A stretch of 63,556 bases of DNA, the filler included, from Squatina squatina (Eukaryota): the NCBI GenBank assembly GCA_031763465.1. It is 4 parts of 4 records of this genome, joined end to end, with 100 filler letters (N's around TTAATTAATTAA, not from the genome) between each part and the next. Parts side by side here need not be neighbours in the genome. Positions count along the whole stretch, not along the records: positions 37,233 to 51,413 come from JARFOE010000092.1; 3 more parts are not named here. One strand, 5' to 3'. The notes beneath the pieces are model-generated. The model searched no databases. It saw only the letters and a program-made list of their open reading frames with translations, and had not been told where the DNA came from. Numbering within the stretch: position 1 is the stretch's first letter; each line of letters starts with the position of its first letter. This document shows, piece by piece, positions 38,767-49,380 of the stretch. The translations under genes and the position numbers were made by a program.

Positions 38767-39932
38767 ACACTCTCCCCCTCCTTCTCTTTTTCACCCTCCC
38801 CCTCGCCCTCTTCAATGTCGGTGGCCTCCTTCCCCTCCTACGTCACACTGCTGGCCAACGATGCAGGTGCTGGCATGACTTGTGAGTCATCGGCAATGAC
38901 AAATAACACATTCTTCCCATGGTTGTAATGAAAGGTTGGACCTGTGTGGCATCACGGCTGCCCACAGTGGTAATACAGACATTACTATAGCTTCATGCAG
39001 TGATGGTGAGGTGCCTTCATAACTCCTCCAACACTTACCATTGTCACCATTCAGTGTGTCAGCATTGTCCTGCGCAACAGGGTCAACCATTTGAGGCCCG
39101 ATTAATTAAAGGAGCCTTTCCTCGAGGTCAGTCAGGGTCACAATGGTGGCTGGTCCCCCACCGGTGCGCTGCTGCTCCGCACGATTAGGTTGCAAATGAA
39201 ATGAAAGTGTTTCAGCATCATTGCATGTCAACATCAATATGGTCAGCTCTTACTGGAGATATAGGCATCATTGCTGGCAGCTGAGAAGAGTCTAACTTAT
39301 CAATGAGTAAGGCACCATGACTGCTTTTAGTGTAGAACTATTCATCTATGCTGCAATGACCTCTCGGGCACAGAGCCACTCACCCGCACCAATCGAGTTA
39401 AGCCATTAAACTCCTTGCGGCACTGGGTTGGGGATCTCTGGACCATATCGGGTGCAGACACCTCGGTGGTTATGGCGTGTCACATAGTCTGGTACACGGA
39501 GGGCACAGCTCTTCTTCCCAATGGAGGGTACAGCTGTCCCCTCCTGCTCTCCACCGCCAGCACCAAGGTGACAAGTGCTGCATCCGTGAAGCGGCAACTC
39601 CTTCAACTTTCTTGAGACATCTCTGTCATTCAAGAATCAATTCCTTAACAAATATCAGAGTGAGCCCAATGAGCTGTGGAACTCTGAGCACACAAGCTTT
39701 TATGAGAAACAAGGCAGTGGCTTAATGAGATGTGTCACATCAAACTGGTTGCAGAATTCAAAAGAGCACATCTGCAGTGCCTCATTGGAGCTCTCAGCGC
39801 CTGCAACAGTGCCACGCCTGGATTAAAAAAAACACTTTAACCAATTCTGCCACCCCCGGGTGATCGCAACACTTTTGGGTCGCTATTGTGTGCTGCAACA
39901 ATGGAGTGTGGCGCACATGAATTTTAGACCCC
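38767..39932 (-). mobile_element. PIF/Harbinger relic carrying a spliced Myb/SANT-like ORF2 pseudogene
   Basis: Exon 39620-39384: MSQES*RSCRFTDAALVTLVLAVESRRGQLYPP...M*HAITTEVSA...RSPTQCRKEFNGLTRLVR, then GTGAGT. Exon ~39186-39039: NRAEQQRTGGGPATIVTLTDLEERLL*LIG..., then GTAAGT. Terminal GGGGTCTAAAATTCATGTGCGCC resembles the end at 7028. Confidence 0.8.
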
Positions 39933-39947
39933 TGGTCTCCATATACT

Positions 39948-40127
39948 TTGGTTAGACCACACTTGGAGCTCTGTGCACAGTTCTGTTCTTCATGTACCTT
40001 GGTTAGACCACACTTAGAGCACTGTGCACAGTTCTGTTCTTCATGTACCTTGGTTAGACCACACTTGGAGCACTGTGCACAGTTCTGTTCTTCATGTACC
40101 TTGGTTAGACCACACTTAGGGCACTGT
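39948..40127 (+). repeat. 51-bp tandem repeat (~3.5 copies) derived from a CR1 ORF2 motif
   Basis: Unit TTGGTTAGACCACACTTGGAGCACTGTGCACAGTTCTGTTCTTCATGTACC translates LVRPHLEHCAQFCSSCT, compare CR1 LVRPHLEYCVQFWSP. Confidence 0.9.
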
Positions 40128-41599
40128 CCTGGATGGTGTCGAGCTTCTTGAGTGTTGTTGGAGCTGCACTCATCCAGGCAGGTGCAGGATATTGGATCAC
40201 ACTCCTGCCTTAAGACTTGTCGATGGTGGAAAGGCTTGGCACTTTAAAAATGGCAGCCTTGGGTTTTTGAGCCATGTTGGGTCACTTCCTTCACCCACCA
40301 TTGTTCTGTAAAGATGGCCTTGCTTGGGGTAGAATTGACAACTGGAATTAACATCAGTAAATGGTCTATGGAGATCTTTGGAAACAACCCCTGCAATATT
40401 GATTTGACAATTACTGACCACTGGGATAATATGAGGAGGATGTACAGATTCCCACTCATGTCCATGTGGTTCTGAATTAACCTGTAACCCCCCCACCCTG
40501 TGGTCAGTGTCCCTGAAGTGGGAGTTGGGAATGATGCAAGGCTTCAATTTTAGGAATTTAAACCCTTTTGCCATAAAGCTAGCATTGTGATGAGTGTTGG
40601 GTTGGGAGGAGCTGTTCGCAAGTCACACCTTAAGAGGGTTAAGGAATATGGTCTGGAAGAATGCTCATGGACTGAGGGAAGCCCTTTTACAGAGACATGG
40701 AACAATGCTCGTGGACTAAGCCATGTCAATATTCCAGTGCAATATCTGGGGAGAATGACTCCTGATGGCACAGTTTTGCCGATGCTTCATTCCCAAGTGA
40801 AGGAAATATTGGAAGTCCTTGGTGGGGGAGGGGTGGACGCAGCAAGCAATAAAATGGAAATCTCTGGAGAAAGTAGAACGTTGGCCATGATTTCAGACCA
40901 ATGCAGTTGAGCTCTTGGGTTGAATAAGCTGTTTCTTGTATCAGATTATTGTTGACTATAGGTCTCCATTTTATTTTCAGTGCGAAAGGGAATACTTGTG
41001 CATGTCAAATATGACTTTAAATCCACATGCAATTTGATGTTGAATCACTCTTGCCTTAACCTTGGACAATATGTAACTGAAGTGGACTCCATCTGCAGTC
41101 CTGAGCTCCATTGTACAAAGTCCTTCCTATTGGAAGGGGCAGGAATTTAAATGTTTGGGGTTGGCAATCTTAGAATTTCTGATGAGTTGATGTGACATCT
41201 CTCGGTGTGTTTAGTGAAGGATAAAGCACAGCAGGCAATTCTCTTTTAATGGCTTCCAAGATTTTGCTAACGATGGGATATAACTTGTATCTGTCATGCA
41301 TATTTCACTTTCTACCCTGTTGTACTGGAATTCATTGTAAATATTGACCCTGACTGCCTTGTGTATCTGGATCTTGCTGTCAAAAGACTGTCTGTGCCTG
41401 TGGGGGGTTATTAATAAAATGGAACAATTCACTGTCATATTCTGGTGAGGACAGTCTTGGTTCTTCTGCTAACTGCTGTAGTCAACAATACTTGTGGATT
41501 CTTGTGTATGTTGTGTTGAGCTTGTATCAAACCTTGGTGAAGCCGCACCTCGAGCACTGCACAGTTCTGGTCTCCAATAAAAGGTAGAAGCTTTGACAA

Positions 41600-43122
41600 T
41601 GGTGTTGGGGTGGGGACAATTGTAGCAGAACTTGACCCTAAAGCTGACCAATCCGAGGGTACTTAGGGGTGGATGCATTAGGTTTGATCTTCCAAAATTC
41701 TGTAGGTTCTCCAATAGTCCCAGGGGATTGGAAGGTAGCAAATGTAATTATACTCAAGAAAGGAGGGAGAGATAACAGGGAACCACAGTTCAGTTAGCTT
41801 GACATCAGTAGTAAGTAAAATCCATTGATAAAGTGGTATCAAGGCACTTAGGAGAATCATAACATAACTCATCAGTCAATTTCCTTTTTATGAAGGGGAA
41901 ATCATGTTTGACAAACTTTGAGGATGTAACTAGCAGGGTAGATAAAAGGGAACCAGTGGATGGAGTATATTTGGATTTCCAAAAGGCATTTGATAAGGTA
42001 CCACAATAGGTTGTTGCATAAGACAAGTGCTCAGGGGGTTGGAGGTAATGGATTAGCATTGATAGGATTGTTAATGGACAACAAACATTGGGATAAATCA
42101 GTCTTTCGGGTGGCAGGCTGGAAGTAGTGGGGTGGCACAAGGAACAGTGCTGGGGCTGCAGCTATTTACAATCTGTATAAATGACCCAGATGAAAGGATC
42201 GAGTGTAATGTATCAACAGAAGTGAAATACTGCAGATGCTGGAATCCAGAATACAAGCAAAAAATGCTGGAAAAACTCAGCAGGCCAGGCTGCATCTGTG
42301 GAGAGAAAAAACAGTCAAAGTTTCGGATCGATGAGCCTTCATCAGAACGTAATGTATCAAGTTTGCTGAAGATACAAATCTCGGCGGGACAGTAAGCTGT
42401 GAACAGCACAGTCTGCAAAGGGATGTAGAGAGCCTAACAGGACAGTAAGGTGGCAGAGGGAGTATAATATAGGAGAATGTTCACTTCAGTAGGGGAAAAC
42501 CCGTCTCTACAAACTACTAAATGTTGAGTGATTTGGGGGTCCTCATGTAACAATCACTAAGCTGGCCTGCAGGGACCACAGGTAATAATGAAGGCAAATG
42601 GCCTTTCGTTTCCAGGGGCTGGAGTAAGGAAGGAGAGACTGGCTGTGGAGGTGGTGCAACAAAGATTCACTAAGTTGATTCCTGGGATGAAGGGGCTGTC
42701 CTGAGACTGAGTGAGAAGAATGGGCCATATAGTCTGGAGTTTAGAACAATGAGGTAATCTCATTGAAACATACAAGAATCTGAGGGGAGAGTGACAGGGT
42801 AAATGCTGAGAAGTTATTCTTCCTCCCCCACCCAGACTGGAGTCTGGCACTAGGGCCAAAGCCTCAGGATCAGGGTTTGGCCATTTAGGACTGAGATGAG
42901 GAGGAATTTCTTCACTGATCGGGTGGTGAATCTTTGAAACTCTCTACACCAGAGGGCTGTGGAGGCTGTCGTTGAATATATTCAAGGCCGAGATCGATAG
43001 ATTTTTGGGAATCGCAGGATTTGGAGATAGTGCAGGAAAGTGGAGTTGAGGGAGATCAGCCATGATTTATTGAATGGTAGAGCAGACTCGAGGGGCCGAA
43101 TGGCCTACTCCTATTTCTTATG
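41600..43122 (+). mobile_element. Decayed CR1 LINE (RT domain to 3' tail)
   Basis: YLDFQKAFDKVP, QGTVLG..LFTICIND and KFAED motifs; 3' UTR GAATGGCCTACTCCTATTTCTTATG; interrupted by an insert at 42217-42348. Confidence 0.88.
42217..42348 (+). mobile_element. 132-bp short repeat (Penelope-terminal-like) inserted in a CR1 with a 12-bp TSD
   Basis: AAATACTGCAGATGCTGGAA...CTCAGCAGGCCAGGCTGCATCTGTGGAGAGA flanked by GTAATGTATCAA on both sides; other copies at 3072-3155 (-) and 32375-32460 (+). Class assignment is tentative. Confidence 0.7.
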
Positions 43123-43261
43123 ATAGCCAGGTGCTCACTCAATCTTTCTGGGTTGGAGAATGTTGATTGTCATGACTGTAAAAGACTAACAAATGGGGAC
43201 GGGATTTGTGGAGGATGGTATGGCAAATCCCAGTTTGCTCATCTTTTTTCCTTCGATGATA

Positions 43262-44090
43262 TAGAAACATGGAAAATAGGAGCAGGAGTCGGCCATTGAG
43301 CCCTTCAAGCCTGCTCCACCATTCAATATGTTCATTGCTGCTCCCCTTTCTCAATGCCATATTCCCGCTTTCTCCCCAGACCCCTTGATGCCTTCAGTAT
43401 CTAGAAGTATTTCTATCTCCTTGAATATATTCAATGACTTGGCCTCCACAGCCTTCTGTGGAAGAGAATTCCACAGGTTCACCCTCGGTGTCAAGAAATT
43501 TCTCCTAACCTCAGTGTTAAATGGCCTACCCTGTATCCTGAGACTGTGACCCCTGGTTCCACACTCTCCAGCCAGGTGAAACATCCTTCCTGCATCTAGT
43601 CTGTGGAGCCTGTCAGAATTTTATACCTTTCAATGAGATCCCCTTTCATTCTTCTAACTCTAGTGAATGCAGGCCTAATGGACCCAGTTTCTCCTCATAT
43701 GTCAATGCTGCCATCACAGGAATCAGTCTGGTGAACCTTCACTGTACTCCCTCTATGGCAAGTATATCCTTTCTTGAGTAAGGAGACCAAAGCTGTACGA
43801 AATACCCCAGTCTCACCAAGCCCCTGTATAACTGCAGTAAGACTCCCTTACTCCTGTACTCAAATCCGCTTGCAATGAAGGCCAACATACCATTTGCATT
43901 CCCAACTGTTTGCTGCACCTGCATGATTGCTTTCAGTGACTGGTGTACAAGGACACCCAGGTCCCTTTGTACATCAACATTTCCCAATCTTGGGAAATCT
44001 TATGACTTGGATGAGGGAACCAAATGCAATATTTCCAAGTTTGCAGACAACACAAAACCAGGTGGGAATGTGAGTTGTGAGGAGGATGCA
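43262..44090 (-). mobile_element. CR1 LINE with an inverted 5' segment (3' part on -, 43262-43990; upstream RT part on +, ~44001-44090)
   Basis: Minus strand: GNVDVQRDLGVLVHQSLK...RRNFLTPRVNLWNSLP plus tail. Plus strand: DLDEGTKCNISKFADNTKPGGNVSCEEDA. Confidence 0.85.
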
Positions 44091-44190
44091 NNNNNNNNNN
44101 NNNNNNNNNNNNNNNNNNNNNNNNNNNNNNNNNNNNNNNNNNNNNNNNNNNNNNNNNNNNNNNNNNNNNNNNNNNNNNNNNNNNNNNNNN

Positions 44191-45716
44191 ACTCTGATAG
44201 GAACATTGACACCCTGATAGGAACATTGACACTCTGACAGGAACATTGACACCCCGATGGGAACATTAACACCCTTATAGAAACATTGACACCCTGATAG
44301 AAACATTGACACCCTGACAGGAACATCGACACCAAGATAGAAACATTGACACCCTTATAGAAACAGTGACACTCTGATAGGAACATTGACACCCTGATAG
44401 GAACATTGACACCCTGATAGGAACACTGACACCCTGATGGGAACATTGACACCCCGATTGGAACTTTGACACTCTGATAGGAACATTGACACCCTTATAG
44501 AAACATTGACACCCTAATAGGAACATAGACACCCTAATAGGAACATAGACACCCTGATAGAAACATTGACACCCTGATAGGAACATTGACACCCTGATAG
44601 AAACATTGACACTCTGATAGGAACATCGACACCCCGATGGGAACATTGACACCCTGATGGGAACATTGAGACCCCGATTGGAACATTGACACTCTTATAG
44701 AAACATTGACACCCTGATAGGAACATTGACACCCTGATAGGAACATTGACACCCTGATAGAAACATTGGCACTCTGATAGGAACATCGACACCCTGATAG
44801 GAACATTGACACCCAATAGGAATATTGACACCCTGATAGAAACATTGACACCCTGATAGGAACATTGACACCCTGATAGAAACATTGACACTCTGATACG
44901 CACATCGACACCCTGACAGGAACATCGACACCCCGATAGGAACATTGACACCCTGATCGGAACATTGACACCAAGATAGAAACATTGACACCCTTATAGA
45001 AACAGTGACACCCTGATAGGAACATTGACACCCTTATAAGCACAATGACACCCTGATAGGAACATTGACACCCTGATAGAAACATTGACACCCATGATAG
45101 GAACATTGACACCCTTATAAGAACAATGACATCCTGATAGGAACATTGACACCCTGATAGAAACATTGACACTCTGATAGGAACATTGACACCCTGATAG
45201 GAACATTGACACTCTGACAGGAACATTGACACCCCGATGGGAACATTGACAACCTGATGGGAACATTGAGACCCCGATAGGAATATTGATACCCTGATAG
45301 AAACATTGACAACCTGATAGAAACAGGGACAGCATTATAGAAACATTCACTTTCTGATAGGAACATTGACACCCTGATAGAAACATTGGCACCCTTATAG
45401 GAACATTGAAACCGTTATTGGAAGATTGACACCCAATAGGAACATTGACATCCTGATAGAAACATTGAAACCCTGGTAGCATCATTGACACTTTGATTGG
45501 AACATTGACACCCTGATCGGAACATTGTCACTCTGATAGGAAAATTGAAACCCTGATAGGAACATTGACACCCTGATAGAAACATTGACACCCTGATAGG
45601 ATCATTGACACCCTGATAGGATCATTGACACCCTGATAGGAACATTGACACCCTTCTAGGACCATTGATACCCTGATAGAAACATTGACACCCTGATAGG
45701 AGCAGTGACACCCTTA
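44191..45716. repeat. Minisatellite, 20-bp unit ACCCTGATAGGAACATTGAC, roughly 76 units
   Basis: Directly visible tandem array with variant units; left end is cut by an N gap. Confidence 0.98.
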
Positions 45717-46169
45717 CTAAGGGAATTAAGGGATGTGGGGATTGTGCGGGACGGGGGATTTGAGGTTGAAGATCAGCCATGATCTTGTTGATTGGTGGAG
45801 CAGGCTCGATGGTCCGAATGGCCTACTCCTGCTCCTATTTCTTATGTTCTTGTGTCCATATGTTCACTGGCCACACCTCATGTGGGAATCTGGTTGCTTA
45901 TTGCACTGTCGGAACCAGCTATGCAACAGCAGTTCCCAGATGGTGGTCCTCCCCTCCTGAGCTCATTGGAACAGAGGCCTCTTATAGCACCAAACCCAGT
46001 TTGGACAACCTCAGCACAGGACAGTGATCAGACCTGGAATTCTCATAGTTTAAACGGCTCTGCTATGTTCTGGGTTTTTTACTCTGGATATTTTTCTTAT
46101 GTTCAGTGTCATTGTCCACTTCTGTAGTGGGCCTCATGTCCCCTGTGAACCATATGTGCTTCTACCTGT

Positions 46170-46643
46170 CCAGTTTTAAAGATTGTCTTAAAGGAGGAAA
46201 GAGAGGTAGAGAGACGGAGTGGGTTAGGTAGGGAATTCCAGATCTTAGGGCCTCGGCAACGGAAGGCACAGCCACCAATGGTTGGGCGATTATAGTCAGG
46301 GATGCTCAAGTGGGCAGAATTAGAGGAGCTCAGATATCTCGGGGGTGTTGTGGGGCTGGAGGAGATTACAGAGATAAGGAGGGGTGAAGCCATGGAGGGA
46401 TTTGAAAACAAGGATGAAATTGAGGTGTTGCTTAACCGGGAGCTAAAGTAGGTCAACGAGCACAGGGGTGATGGGTGAGCAGGACTTGGTGCGAGATAGG
46501 ACGCTGGCAGCTGAGTTTTGAATGGCCTCAAATTTACATAGGGTGCAATGTGGGAGGCTAGGCAGGATTTGGAATAGTCAAGTCTAGAGGTAACAAAGGC
46601 ATGGATGAGGGTATCAGCAACGGAGGAGCTGAGGCAGGGGTGG
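46170..46643 (-). mobile_element. L2-clade LINE fragment
   Basis: YLSSSNSAHLSIPDYNRPTIGGCAFRCRGPKIWNSLPNPLRLSTSLSSFKT. Confidence 0.8.
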
Positions 46644-46748
46644 NNNNNNNNNNNNNNNNNNNNNNNNNNNNNNNNNNNNNNNNNNNNNNNNNNNNNNNNN
46701 NNNNNNNNNNNNNNNNNNNNNNNNNNNNNNNNNNNNNNNNNNNNNNNN

Positions 46749-47150
46749 TGAGAGGAGATTTGATCGAGGTGTTCAAAATCATGAGGGGTCTAGACAGAGT
46801 AGATAGAGAGAAACTGTTCCCATTGACGAAAGGGTCGCCAACCAGAGAACACAGATTTAAGATATTTGGCAAAAGAGCCAGAGGGGTGATGAGCAGAATT
46901 CGTTTCACGCAGCGAGTTGTTATGGTCTGGAATGTACTGCCTGATAGGATGGTGGAAGCACAGAAGGAGGCCATTCGGCCCAGAAGCAGATTTAATAGCA
47001 ACTTTCAAAAGGCAATTGGATAAGTACTTGAAGAGAACTAATTTGCAGGGTTATTGGATAAAAGCTGGGACTAAATTGGACAGCTATTTTGAATAGCCAG
47101 CGCAGGCATAACAAACCAATTTGCCTCATTCTATGCTGTAACATTCTAGG
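46749..47150 (+). mobile_element. CR1 LINE 3' fragment
   Basis: RGDLIEVFKIMRGLDRVDREKLFPL...FTQRVVMVWNVLP. Confidence 0.88.
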
Positions 47151-48039
47151 GTTCTCTGCTTAGTGCAAGTAATTTATGATCACTCAGAAATTAATACCTT
47201 CACTGCCTCCAGGGCTTTTTGTGAAAAACTGCGGGGCATGGGCAAAAGATCCTGCTACGAGTGTAGAATTACCAGGAGATGTCATATTTTGGCAAATCAC
47301 TCATCTTATCTACGAGCTTTCACGTGTTGCAGGAGGGATAATGAGGCCTGGAAAGGGAAAGAACCGATTTTAAGAAGTGGATACAGTAGGTGGAGGGTTG
47401 AATTACCATTAGGTTTTTTTTTTAATGGACTCGTTTAAGAAACTCATTTGGTGTTCTCTATGGAAAGATGAGGGAAATCTTAGACGACTGAGATGGATTC
47501 TGGGGGGGGCGGAAAGAGACTACGGGTCAGGCGGACTGTCGGGCAAGGGTAGACAGGGTGGCTGGCAATTTAGAGAACTGCCTGGAAACAAAAGAGAGGG
47601 TGGAGATTTGTTGTGAAGTTACTGATCGCATTTCCAGGATGCAACTCTGTCACCTTCGTGCCAACCTTCCGTGTTCCCCAGTTTCCTTCTCCATCTGCTT
47701 AATATGCCTCCACCTCCTCCTGACACCTTCATTCCCCAACTGATTTTCCTTTCATCACCCAGACGGTGGGAAAGCCTGGGGTGGCCTTGCATCTTGCTAA
47801 CATTCCCTGCCCCTCTCTCACCATCACAGCAAGGGCAGGCAGGGAGCTGCAGGGCCTTTGGAAGCTACTGGGCAACTGAAGAAAGCCAAAATAAGTTTTT
47901 TCAGCCAAGCAAGAGGCTTTCTCTAGACTCTGAGACACCAAAGCACAGAAACAGCACTACAATCCTATATATATTAATTTAGATACAGTTTAAAGGTTAC
48001 AATTAGACTTTAAAGTTAACTTGCAGAATTACATACACA

Positions 48040-48330
48040 GAACTACATAGAATATATATCAAAGAAACAGACCATTCGACTCAACTGGTCTATGCTGATG
48101 TTTATGCTCCATACTAGACTCCTCCCACTCGAATGACTTCATCTTACCCTATCAACATATCTTTCTGCATCATGTACTTATCTAGCTTCCCCTTAAATGC
48201 ATTTGTGTTATTCATCTCAGCCACTCCCTCTGGTAGTGAGTTCCACATTCTCACCACTCTCTGGGTAAAGAAGCTTCTCCTGAATTCCTTATTGGATTTA
48301 TTAGTGACCATCTTATATTTATGGCCTCTA
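48040..48330 (-). mobile_element. CR1 LINE 3' fragment
   Basis: RGHKYKMVTNKSNKEFRRSFFTQRVVRMWNSLP; same subfamily as 37233-37510 (+). Confidence 0.85.
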
Positions 48331-48702
48331 TGTGGATTTATGACTGTGGATTGAAACTTTGCATGTGGTCCTTGAGGCTCCATGTTGCACAAATGAGGGA
48401 CCCACAGTGATCAAAGTTGGGGCACCCCTGCACTAATACACCAAAACGAAGTGCATCCAAAAGTCATGATCGATTTTATCAGAAGTGATTGAATGCTGCC
48501 TACACAATGGTGAGTTGTCTGGCTCATCATGCTGCTCATAAGGAGCCGCAGGTAGCCAGCTGTGCCTTCTGTTGCCTACACTCTAAACTCTGGAATTCCC
48601 TCNNNNNNNNNNNNNNNNNNNNNNNNNNNNNNNNNNNNNNNNNNNNNNNNNNNNNNNNNNNNNNNNNNNNNNNNNNNNNNNNNNNNNNNNNNNNNNNNNN
48701 NN

Positions 48703-49380
48703 ATTTTGCCACTAATCTCTTGTGTGGGACAATATTGAAGGCCTTCTGAAAATCCAAATACACCACATCCACTGGTTCCCCCTTATCTACTCTCCTAACT
48801 GCAAAGTCAAAAAACTCCAGTAGGTTCGTCAAACTTCATTTCCCTTTCATAAATCCATGTTGGTTCTGTCTACGACTATTATTGTTATCTAATTGTCTTC
48901 TAATCGCATCCTTTATAATAGACTCTCACATTTTCCCTACTACTGATGTCAGGCTAATGACTCTGTAATTCCCTGTTTTCTCTCTTTCTGAAATAATGGG
49001 GTTACATTTGCAACCCTCCAATCTGGAGGAACCGTGCCAGAATCTATAGAAGTTTGGATGATGATCAATGCATCCACTATTTCTATAGCCACCTCTTTCA
49101 GACCCTGCGATGTATATTATCAGGTTCTGGGGATTTATCGACGTTCAACCCCATTAATTTCAGGACCATTTCTTTACTTTACTAATTTCCTTCAATTTCT
49201 CATACTCTCAAGAACCTTGGTCCGCTATTATTTAAGGGAAGTTTTACGTGTCCTCTTCTGTGAAAACAGATCCAAAATTTTTGTTCAATTGCTCTGCCAT
49301 TTCATTATTCTCCATTATAAATTCTCCCATCTCTGCCTACAAGAGACCCACATTTGTCTTCGCTAATACTTTCTGTTTTA
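48703..49380 (-). mobile_element. CR1 LINE RT fragment
   Basis: TNLLEFF..VDKGEPVDVVYLDFQKAFNIVPHKRL. Confidence 0.88.

Noticed and set aside
44191-45716. CRISPR-like array or long Cys/Val-rich ORFs
   Set aside because: Head-to-tail 20-mers with no unique spacers and no cas genes; the ORFs arise because the unit lacks stops on the minus strand.
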